This document shows, one piece after another, positions 1 through 9,745 of a stretch of 64,000 nucleotides of DNA. Source of the DNA: the human T2T-CHM13v2.0 reference genome, Homo sapiens; assembly GCF_009914755.1 (NCBI RefSeq), contig NC_060947.1; one strand, 5' to 3'. Numbering within the stretch: the stretch's first letter is position 1; every line of letters begins with the position of its first letter. The notes under the pieces were generated by a model. That model saw only the letters and a program-made list of their open reading frames with translations. It ran no database searches and was not told where the DNA came from. The translations under genes were made by a program, and so were the position numbers.

Positions 1-1980
1 AAAATCAACCCTGGTTGACCACCACTGCAATAGTATTATTTGTATCAAATATATGAAACATAAAGATTGCTAAGGGAAATAAAGTAGACTATTTTAGATA
101 TCCAGTCTTAAAGGAAACCACTACTATCATCATTGGCCAAAAAAAGAAAAAAAAAAGAACAGTGCTAATAATTAGACATAAAATAATAAATGAAAACTAT
201 CATTGCTTTGAAATATTCCCTGGAGGAAATGAAACATCTGTGTAAATTTTATCCTTTCACGTGTGAAGATGACTGGGATAGCAGGTGTGGTAAAAGACAT
301 TGTTCCAAAGCCTGTTCTGTGGTTTGCTGATGAGAATATTCCCTGGCTTGGGCTACAGCTGCCATGTGCAGTCTCTCTATTGACAGTCTTTCTCAACCAC
401 TCCCGAAAATCCCCACATTGTTTGAACTCAAGTTTTGTAATTACAGAGATGTGGTTCTCAGAGCCAAAAATGAAGCTGCCTGGCTGGAGCAGCAGGATAT
501 AGAATAGGCCCTTGGGACTGGGAGATTATAACTTTTGTGGTTTCAAGTACTCATAAATGTGGTGGAGAGGGGTTTTGGAGTTGATCCACAACTCGTCAGA
601 GGCCCTGCTATTTTTTCTACCCACAGCCATTGTAGAGAATCCAAGCCGAGTTTAAGAGTGCTGTGGAAATACACTGCTGCTACTGCTGTTTCTATTACTG
701 TTTGATGCTGGGACTCTTATGCTCCAACCACGTTTTCACCCAGCTGAGTCGCCTTCGTATCACGCCTTTCCAGTGAGTAAGATCATCTAGATAGATTCTC
801 CAAAAGAAATAACCCAGTAAGGGAGGGGCAACCAGCATGACCACAATGCTAGTTGTTGTGTGCGAATGGTAAACAGAATGAAATTATGAATGTGTGTGCG
901 GGTCATTATATGCATGCAGACACATACATATGCATATGTAGTATAAATCTCCATAAATGCCTAAGGTGATGGCAGTGATGAGGGGCAGTTAAAAATGTTA
1001 AGCACAAATTGGAGCTGAGACACTGATCAGAGAAAAATTATCTGTAATACTGAGAAAGAGCCATCTGTCATGGCTGGAGGCTCAAGCAGAGAAGAGATAA
1101 GTGGAGAGGCCCCAGGAACAGATGGAGAGGCTTGAACCCCCACACAGAGCAGAGCGTCCAACAGCTGGGACTGATTAATCCAGACGGCCGACTATTACGT
1201 CATGTGTTGGATTACAACCAAATGAGTGGCTAAAAGCTCCTAGCAAGTTCAGGCCAACACGAAGTCGCTTCACAGATGGCGTCCACCTTGGAATTCCGTG
1301 AGGGATGAAGACACTGCTCAGTCCTGCCTCATTGTCCTCTGTGGAAAGAGCAAGAGGAATGAGGATAGGCCTTTCCCACCCCTTTATTCTTCTTTATTCT
1401 CAGGGTAAATGGAAGTAGAGAAGGAGAGTAAGTGAGATTTTAAAGAAGCTTTTTGACCTGTGTCTTTGTTCTCTCCTTGCTCTCTAAATTACATGATAGA
1501 GGGAATAATAAGGAACTTTAATGTATGAAGTTCAGTCCAGTAAATTGATCCCATAGCCCAGCATGTGATAAACAGTTTCTGAATATTAACTTGATCTACT
1601 CGTGCTTCTTAGTAATCCCACAAACACTTTAAACAACATTTCAGAAGCACAGGTAATCCCACAAGCATTTCAGCAACATTTCAACTCAACACCTGTCCCC
1701 TCTCCAATGTTCCCTTCAAGTCAGAAACCTAACTTTGGGTACCCAACTCTACCGTCAATCAGTCACTGGGGCCTTATGGAATCAATGGAGTCTTGTAGAT
1801 TCCATCTCCTTAGCATTGCTTGAAACGATCTTGACTTCTCTATTCTCATTGCTATTGCCTTAATTCTGACCTTCAGTAAGTCCTGCCTGGACCGTTACAA
1901 TAGTTTCTTCTAAGCTATCTTCTGGTTTCTTTGCTCCAGTGCATTCTTTTCTTTTTTTTTTTTCTGCTGACACCCAGCAC

Positions 1981-1986
1981 TTTATT
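1981..1986 (-). terminator. Polyadenylation signal AATAAA of the GPX1 retrocopy
   Basis: tttatt on +, about 17 nt from the poly(A) tract. Confidence 0.85.
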
Positions 1987-2050
1987 AGTGGGGAAACTCG
2001 CCTTGGTCTGGCAGAGACTGGGATGGACAGGACCGGCGCCCATCTCGAGG

Positions 2051-2121
2051 GGGTATTTTCTGGAAGATCAGGTGTTCCTCCCTTGTAGGTTTAGAGGAAA
2101 CACCCTCATAGATGAAAACCC
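2051..2121 (-). promoter_or_regulatory. SECIS element (type I, GPX1 type) in the retrocopy 3'UTR
   Basis: Minus strand ggttttcatct-ATGA-gggtgtttcctct-AAA-cctacaag-ggaggaacacc-TGAT-cttccagaaaatacc. AUGA core at 2109-2106, apical AAA at 2092-2090, UGAU at 2070-2067, and a complementary upper stem. Confidence 0.9.
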
Positions 2122-2171
2122 CCCAGAGAGCAGCACTGCAACTGCCAAGCAGCCGGGGTAGGAGGGGCGCC

Positions 2172-2777
2172 CTAGGCACAGCTGGGCCCTTGAGACAGCA
2201 GGGCTTCGATGTCAGGCTCGATGTCAATGGTCTGGAAGCGGCGGCTGTACCTGCGTAGGGGCACACCGTCAGGGCCCACCAGGAACTTCTCAAAGTTCTA
2301 GGCAACATCGTTGCGACACACCGGAGACCAGGTGATGAGCTTGGGGTCGGTCATAAGCGCAGTGGCGTCGTCGCTGGGGGCTGGCAGGGCCTCCCGCAGG
2401 AAGGCAAAGAGAGTGTGCGCCCCCGCACCGTTCACCTCGCCCTTCTCGAAGAGCATGAAGTTGGGCTCGAACCCACCACCAGGTCGGACGTACTTGAGGG
2501 AATTCAGAATCTCTTCGTTCTTGGCGTTCTCCTGATGCCCAAACTGGTTGCACCGGAAGCCGAGCACCACCAGGCCCCGGGGTCCGAGGCGCCGCTGCAG
2601 CTCGTTCATCTGGGTGTAGTCCCGGACCGTGGTGCCTCAGAGGGACGCCACATTCTCTATAAGTAGTACCTTGCACCGCAGGGAGCCCAGGCTCACAGGC
2701 TCCCCGCCGGCCAGTGGGCGCGCCGAGAAGGCATACACCGACTGGGCCGCCGCCGCCGCTGGCCGAGCAGCACACAT
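2172..2777 (-). pseudogene. GPX1-derived frame of 201 codons: Sec TGA at 2637-2639 (codon 47), premature TAG at 2298-2300 (Trp160*)
   Basis: Translated by hand with no frameshift from 2777 to 2172. ORF-track entry 2298..2609 is the segment from Met57 to the premature stop. Confidence 0.93.
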
Positions 2778-2846
2778 GGCGCAATTGTCCAAGAAGCCAG
2801 CGGAGCGCCCCGAACAAGCACTGTCTCCAGTGCATTCTTTTCACAG

Positions 2847-3503
2847 GGTCGGAGCCATGGGAAAACTTCCTCTTTGCCCTCTGAAGGTTCTCTGAAAATC
2901 ACTGACAAGAGACAGATTAGATTAATAGGAGAAAACGCATACAAATTTATTTGAGATCATAGTTTTACGTGACAAGGGAACCTTTAGAATGAAGACCCAA
3001 AGATACAGAGCAAACTGGCCATTTTTATGCTTAGGTTCAACAAAGTGTGGACAGCTGTGCAGAAATATGATTGGACAAAAATGTTGTGATCTAAAGCTAA
3101 TGGACTGAGTGTGGAAACCCAACAAGGCCTGTCTGTCTAGATTCTTCTTGGCCTCTCTGAGCAGCGTTCCTTCCTTCTGGGTGTAAGGCAAGACCCTCTC
3201 TGGAGTGGGGGTGTTATGACCTACAGTCAAACAAGGTATGTCAGGGAATTTCGTTATGGCCAGTATTTACACAGAAAGCTGGGAGGGAAAGTTAGAGTAA
3301 TGTTTTTAGGTTTTATGGCTGGCTTTGGGGAACAAGGTTTCTGGTTTCTAGAACCTGCCTTGGGGAAGGATTCTAGCTTCTGTTGCTCCTCTGGGGAGAA
3401 TGGGACTGAGACAGGAGGGCAGGGGAAGGTCAGAGAACAACATTTGCTTCTAAACCTGCTTCTGGAGCTTTTTTTGGGGGGTATTGTTATCCGAGTCCCC
3501 ACA
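2847..3503 (-). mobile_element. ERV1 solo LTR, MER67/MER31-like
   Basis: Minus strand starts tgtggggactcggataacaatacccc and contains ctctgaccttcccctgccctcctgtctc and ccccaaagccagccataaaacctaaaaa. AATAAA at 2951-2946; near-TSD acag/atag. Confidence 0.75.
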
Positions 3504-3543
3504 ATAGACTCCAGAATAGCCTTCTTAAAACTGAAATCTGTTC

Positions 3544-3620
3544 TTGCGCCACTGCTCTCCAGCCCAGCCTGGGCGACAGAGCGAGACTCCGTCTCAAAAA
3601 AAAAAAAAAAAAAAAAAAAA
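3544..3620 (+). mobile_element. Severely 5'-truncated Alu (AluY-like, ~52 nt plus A-tail)
   Basis: gcctgggcgacagagcgagactccgtctc plus A-tail; 17-bp TSD aaaactgaaatct(g/t)ttc at 3527-3543 and 3617-3633; TT|AAAA cut site. Confidence 0.9.
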
Positions 3621-3962
3621 CTGAAATCTTTTCATATTATTTTCCTGCTTACCACTCTTGTATGGCTGCCCATTCTCAAAGGTTTTTAGACATATTTTTG
3701 TCTTGACAGAATATAGATGAAATTCATCAGAGCAACACAATTCTATATACGTAGTCAGATTTTCATGAAACTCTAATTTTTTTTTTCAGAGAAATAAAGT
3801 TCATCACAGTGAGTCAAGATGCCTCATTCCAAGCTATGGTGTAAATTTCATAGACTAAGAAATGTGCAAGTTTCCTTTTTGCTAAGTATGACACATCACC
3901 TCTCTCTCACAAAGGGATGTATGTTGTTACTAATGTAAACTCATTAGTTTTGATCAATGTTT

Positions 3963-4549
3963 TGTGAACTCAAAAGTATCTGAGACAGCTCTCAATCAAT
4001 TTAGAAAGTTTATTTTGTGAAGGTTAAGGACATGCCCATGACACAGCCTCAGGAGGTCCAGATTACATGTGCACAAGGTGGTCAGGGTACAGCTTGCCTT
4101 TATACATTTTAGGGAGACATAATACATCAGTCAATACATGTAAGGTTTACATTGTTTCGATCTGGAAGGGTGGGGCAACTCGAAGCAGGAGTCGGGCTTC
4201 CAGGTCATAGGTAGATTTAAACATTTTCTGATTGGCAATTGGTTGAAAGAGTTATTATCAGTAGAAAGAATTGTTTGGGTTATGATAAGTGGTTGTGGAG
4301 GCCAAGGTTTTATCATGCAGATGAAGCCTCCAGGTAGCAGGCTTCAGAGAAATAGACTGTAAATGTGTTTTTATTGGACTTAAGGTCTGTGTTGATATTA
4401 ATGCTGGAGGGGTATAATGAGGCTTGTCCAACCCCCTCCTCCATCATGGCCTGAACTAGTTTTTCAGGTTAACTCTGGAATGCCCTTGGCCAAAAGGAGG
4501 GGTTCATTTAGATGGTTGAGGGGCTTTAGAATTTTATTTTTGGTTCACA
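3963..4549 (-). mobile_element. ERV1 solo LTR, MER4A-like, inside an old L1M 3' fragment
   Basis: tgtgaac...gttcaca termini; MER4 motifs gacacagcctcaggaggtcc and gcagatgaagcctccaggtagcaggcttcagag. Confidence 0.75.
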
Positions 4550-5454
4550 GGATCATGGTTATATAAGATGTTAACATTAGGAGATGCTGGGTAAAAGGTA
4601 TATGGGAACCTTCTGTACTGCCTTTGCAACTCTTCTATAAATCTAAAATAATTTCAAAATGTTACTACTAACTATACTCGAGGTTATTTATGTCTATTTT
4701 ATCTGAATAATGGGAATATCATCTAATGGTGTGCTAATACCTCTTTCCCCAACTCCACATTCAGTGATGGCTAGTTGGTGGTTTCACATCAGACAATGTG
4801 GGAGTATTTACACCCTGGCAAGTGGTACGTGCAATAAACATTTATCAGCATACTGAGGCAGCCAGATGTGACTTTCTCTGCCTGAATATGAAAAGGTATC
4901 AATACATATGGGTTGCCAAAAGTGCAAGGGAGAAGAGAAGACAGCAACTGTGAAAACAAGCTCCCCTCTTTCTCTGTAAAGGCTGCAAATCTGCTTATGA
5001 GTGTTTCAGAGTCACTGGGCAACCCAGGTCACAGGCATATAGCAGAGATCACTATGCTGCTCCGGGCCCCTAGGAAGGCAGGGTGTGGAGCCTATCATTT
5101 CAGATTCTGAAAACTTTGAGGGATGCGAGAAGAGACTATGGAAGCCAAACAGGAATCTTCTCATAATTTTAGCCATGATGAGTATATTGAGAAACATTCA
5201 AAATATTTAAAATTTGGCATCAGGAGTCAGGGCCTATCAGTTCTACATAGCATCTACAAGCATAACATTTTCCATCATGGTTTTCTGTCTGTTAAAAGTC
5301 ATGTTATTATTCTGTGCCAAAATCATTCAATTTAGTATATGAAGAAAAAGGGAATACTTCCGGGGACCACACACCCAACAGAGTGGGATGCTGAAAAGAT
5401 TCACCATCCAGATCTTTCATAGTAGAGGTGATCAGCATTGAGGGTACAGTTTGA

Positions 5455-5456
<2 letters not shown>

Positions 5457-5485
<29 letters not shown>

Positions 5486-5735
5486 CAGATAGAGTCTCGC
5501 TCTGTTGTCCAGGCTGGAGTGCAGTGGCATGATCTTGGCTCACTGAAACCTCTGCCTCCCAGGTTCAGGCGATTCTCCTGCTTCAGCCTCACGAGTAGCT
5601 GGGACTGCAGGCCCACCAAGCCTGGCTAGTTTTTGTATTATTAGTAGAGACGGGGTTTCACCATGTTGGCCAGGCTAGGCTCGAACTCCTGGCCTCAAGT
5701 GCTGGGATTACAGGTGTGAGCCACCACACCCAGTC
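5457..5735 (-). mobile_element. Alu (internally deleted)
   Basis: Poly-T plus Alu consensus; TSD tacagtttgatc on both sides. Confidence 0.9.
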
Positions 5736-6482
5736 CTACAGTTTGATCATTTTTAAGGTGCAAATTCTATTCAACTTCCCATATACATGGGGTTTCACAC
5801 TGGGACGGTGAGGCAGGGGATCAGAGGTGGGGTTAAGTATTGAAATCAGCATATAAGGCAAGAATAGTTGATAATCAACACTACTCTCTAAAACTCCTTA
5901 AATCAGTGGTGCTACAGAGATAGTACACTGCTAGAGGCAATTTAGAATATTTTGTTGTGTGTTTTTGGTTAGCATAGCCAAGGGAGGGGGTACCTTAGAT
6001 ATTCATGAGCCACAGCTGGGGATTTTAAGCAACCGTCATTGGTCATAAAGTCCAGAGAAAAGAAGGATCCTCTCCGGTCCTTCAGCACTTCTGAATGCCC
6101 TGCTAGACCTGCATTGTGTGTGAAAACCTGCTCAAGATTATCTGAGGATAGATGCTCACAGCATTTTACAAATAAACACAAAAGTATTTTTAGCAATCTT
6201 AATAAACCCTGAATTTTTCTGGAAATCAACTACTGTATGAATCAAAAGTTTGTATTTTGCTCTGTATGGAACTTTTAGCACAAATCATTCATTGTTGTGG
6301 AAAATCCTGACACCACCAGTTCTCAATATAACACACCTGAATCTACTGGCATTTGTAACTATTGCATTCTTAGTTTTCCTACAACTATTTATTATTAAAG
6401 GGGAGTACTGTTCTGATAAGGTTGGAAATCACTGCCTTGAATTTCTGTAAATCACTGAAATCTATGCTGCTTGAAACCAATG

Positions 6483-7058
6483 TGTAGGGACCAAGGGAAA
6501 ACTTCCCCTTTGCCCTCTGAAGGTTTGCTGAAAAATCAACTGACAAAAGGCAGATTAATAGGACAAAAGGCATACAATTTATTAACGTGCATGAGAGTCC
6601 TACAAAATAGGAGATCTCAAAGAAATGGCCAGATAATTAATTGATGCTTTTATACCATCTTGAGGTTACAGAATGAATGGGGACTTGGGAGATTGCAAAG
6701 CACGCTATGTTGGCAAAACAGGTTATAGGAGAAGGAGGAGAGGAGGCCTGGCTGGCAAAGGTGGTCTTGTTAACACAGAAAAGACCTCACAGGTAGCAGC
6801 TCTCAGAGAGAATAGATGGTAAATGTTTCTTTCAGACCTTTAAAGGTGTCGGACTGTCAGTTCATCTTTCCTAGATCCGGACAATGCAGAGCTAAGAGAA
6901 AACCTGGCTGCATCAGTGCAGATTTTCTCTACAGATGCAAATCTCTCCCCACAAAAGACAGCTTTGCAGGGCTGCTTCTGTTTGCAGGCGCCCTGAACAG
7001 CCATCTCAAAATATGTCAAAGAAATATATTTAGGGGTGAAATATTTTGGTTTTCTTTA
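6483..7058 (-). mobile_element. ERV1 solo LTR, MER39/MER34-like
   Basis: Minus strand begins aaaccaaaatatttcacccctaaaatatatttctttgacatattttgagatggctgttcag; its U5 end resembles the 2847 LTR. Confidence 0.7.
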
Positions 7059-7152
7059 AAGTCAACAATGAAATTTGTTATTTTTTTCACTTTACATTCA
7101 GGTTGTTGTCGCCTTTCCCAGGGACACCAGAGGTCCTGGCTTTGCTTAAAGA

Positions 7153-7790
7153 CAAGGCTTCTCAACCTCAGAACTAATTAACATTTGGGGAAAATGCACA
7201 GTGCATATTGCTAAACCCTCTACAGTGCACAGGACAGTACCAGCCCCCACCCCAACATGGGGTATATCCGTGGCCTCTACCCACTAGATTCGAGCAGCAA
7301 CCTCTCCACAAGTTGTGACAACCAGTGTTAAAAGAAACTTTATACGAATTAAATTTAATAGAGTTTAACTGAGTAAAGAACAATTCTAAAATCAGGCAGC
7401 CCACAGAACCACAATAGGTTCAGACCTGAAGGTCTGCCACATGGTTGGATAACATTTACAGATAGAAAAAGGAAAGTGACAGAAAACGGAAGTGAGGTAC
7501 AGAAACTGCTGGATTGGTTTTATAGCACCGTGTTTGCCTTATTTGAACAGGGTTTGAACAGTTGACTGCCCGTGACTGGCTGAAACTCTGTGATTGGTAC
7601 AAGGGTAAGTTAGTCTGTTTACATACCAAGTTAGGTTACAGTTCAGTATGTACGGAGAAACCTTTAGGCCAAACTTGAAATACATAAGGAGGCAGATTTA
7701 GGCCAAACTTAATTTTAACACCAGAAATGTCTCTAGACATTGCCAAATGTCCCCTGGGGGGCAAAATCACCCCTAGTTGAGAACCTCTGG
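7153..7790. mobile_element. MER20-like hAT DNA transposon interrupted by an LTR
   Basis: ttctcaacct...ctacccactagat...gttgtgacaacca[LTR]gaaatgtctctagacattgccaaatgtcccctgggg...gttgagaacc. Confidence 0.7.
7326..7720 (-). mobile_element. ERV1 solo LTR, MER65-like
   Basis: tgttaaa...tttaaca termini with a perfect 4-bp TSD ccag (7322-7325 and 7721-7724). Confidence 0.7.
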
Positions 7791-7949
7791 TTTAAGGCAA
7801 CTCTACTTTGGAATTCTGTTCAGAATGAGGAGAATTTGGGTCATGTTTCTCAAAGCACGATTTGCAAATCAGATCAAAAATACAGGATTCCCCCAAGGTA
7901 CGGGCCAAAAGTGCAAATCAGAATCTGGGGTGTGTCATATGGTGGGTCA

Positions 7950-8440
<491 letters not shown>

Positions 8441-8567
8441 TCTTTGTAATACCTTGTTATCCTAACCCAAGCTGAGCACACACAGCAGGAACAAGGTCAG
8501 AGACCCTGGGAGCAGGGACTGAGGAGCCAGCCTTGGCTTCAGATGGGCAAAGTCTATAATCAATTTT

Positions 8568-8737
8568 GTTTCAGAGTTAAACCATAAATTAAATTCCTTT
8601 CCAAGGTTAGTTGGCCTACGCCCAGGAATGAACGAGGACAGCTTAAAGGTTAGAAGCAAGATGGAGTTGGTTAGGTAGGTCTGATCTCTTTCACTGTCAT
8701 AATTTCCTCAGTTATAATTTTTGCAAAGACATTTTCA
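8568..8737 (-). mobile_element. LTR8-like 5' fragment
   Basis: Reverse complement of the start of the LTR8-like element at 34730 (aaccaactccatcttgcttctaacct). Confidence 0.65.
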
Positions 8738-8754
8738 GCATATCAAGGCTTTAG

Positions 8755-8955
8755 GCTAGTATTATCCAATACAGTAGCCACTAAACACATGTGGCTATTT
8801 GAATTTCAATATATATTAATTAATATTAAATAAAATTAAAAATCAGTTTTTGGATCACACTAGCTACACTTCAAGTACATAACCAAATGTGGCTAAGGAC
8901 TACTATACTGGAATGCACAGATATAGAACACGTCTGTCATCATAGAAAGTTCATA
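8755..8955. mobile_element. MER3/MER33-like hAT fragment
   Basis: tccaatacagtagccacta...catgtggctatttg...cacactagc. Confidence 0.6.
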
Positions 8956-9401
8956 GCATGCTGAATTTTAAATAACCACAGAAGCCTAGCTCAGTGTTTC
9001 TGTCATTTTTACTAGGAACACATAAACTAAAATGAAGACAAACATTAGGACTGTCTGGGGAAAAGCCACCAACGTTTTTTCACCTTAAATGGTTGTTTAT
9101 TTTTTGTCACTTTGGGGAAGTTAAAAGTAAATATTCCCTGTATCTGTTTTGACTTCTCATTAAATTAATAACTAAGTCACAGAAAAGATACTCCTTTTTC
9201 CAACACTCTGTTAGTGCTCAGGCTGCCCAATCTGCTTTCAAAGAGAAATTATTTCCAAAATGCCCTACTCAGAGTTATTCAGTTTCCCTTAAATGTGGAC
9301 TTCACCATATTTTTTAAAGACTATGAAATCTACCACATTAATCAGAAGGGAATTTTTGATAATAACAATTATTACATACATAGGGTAACTATATATTATA
9401 T

Positions 9402-9745
9402 ATAGGGTAACTTCCTGACGTTGCCATGGCATTTGTAAACTGTCATGGCACTGGTGGGAGTGTCTTTTAGCATGCTAATACATTATAATTAGCGTATAAT
9501 GAGCAGTGAGGATGACCAGAAGTCACTTTCATTGCCGTCTTGGTTTTGGTGGGTTTTGGCCAGCTTCTTTACCACATCCTGTTTTATTAGCAGGGTCTTT
9601 ATGACCTGTATCTTGTGCTGACTTCCTATCTCATCCTGTGACTTAGAATGCCTAACCTGCTGGGAATGCAGCTCAACAGGTCTTAGCCTTATTTTACCCA
9701 GCCCCTATTCAAGATGGAGTCACTCTGGTCCAAACGCCTCTGACA
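9402..9745 (-). mobile_element. MER41 LTR, 5' half only
   Basis: Minus strand starts tgtcagaggcgtttggaccagagtgactccatcttgaataggggctgggtaaaataaggct; homologous to 37660-37930. Confidence 0.8.

Larger units (their letters stand above)
1952..2824 (-). pseudogene. GPX1P1: Processed pseudogene (retrocopy) of glutathione peroxidase 1
   Basis: Minus strand has a 47-nt GPX1 5'UTR, ATG at 2777, then [65 protein letters not shown]...[16 protein letters not shown]...SQGPSCA* with the natural stop at 2172-2174. No intron; 3'UTR, AATAAA at 1981-1986, poly(A) at 1952-1963, and 18-bp TSD ctccagtgcattcttttc at 1934-1951 and 2825-2842. The P1 number is inferred. Confidence 0.95.
1700..3675 (+). mobile_element. 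Old L2 LINE fragment interrupted by the GPX1 retrocopy, a MER67-type LTR and a truncated Alu
   Basis: Removing the inserts gives ...ctccagtgcattcttttcacagactccagaatagccttcttaaaactgaaatct...ttcctgcttaccactcttgtatggctgcccatt, resembling the L2 3' consensus. Confidence 0.55.

Noticed and set aside
172-502. ORFs at the window start as a coding exon
   Set aside because: No recognisable protein family; lengths are within chance expectation.
2298-2609. 103-aa GPX-like ORF as a stand-alone gene
   Set aside because: It starts at internal Met57, after the Sec codon, and ends at the premature stop; it is a fragment of the retrocopy.
1931-2895. Several overlapping ORFs on both strands around the GPX1 retrocopy (e.g. 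2311-2535, 2415-2666, 2629-2895, 1985-2308)
   Set aside because: Shadow frames of GC-rich GPX1-derived sequence with no independent homology.
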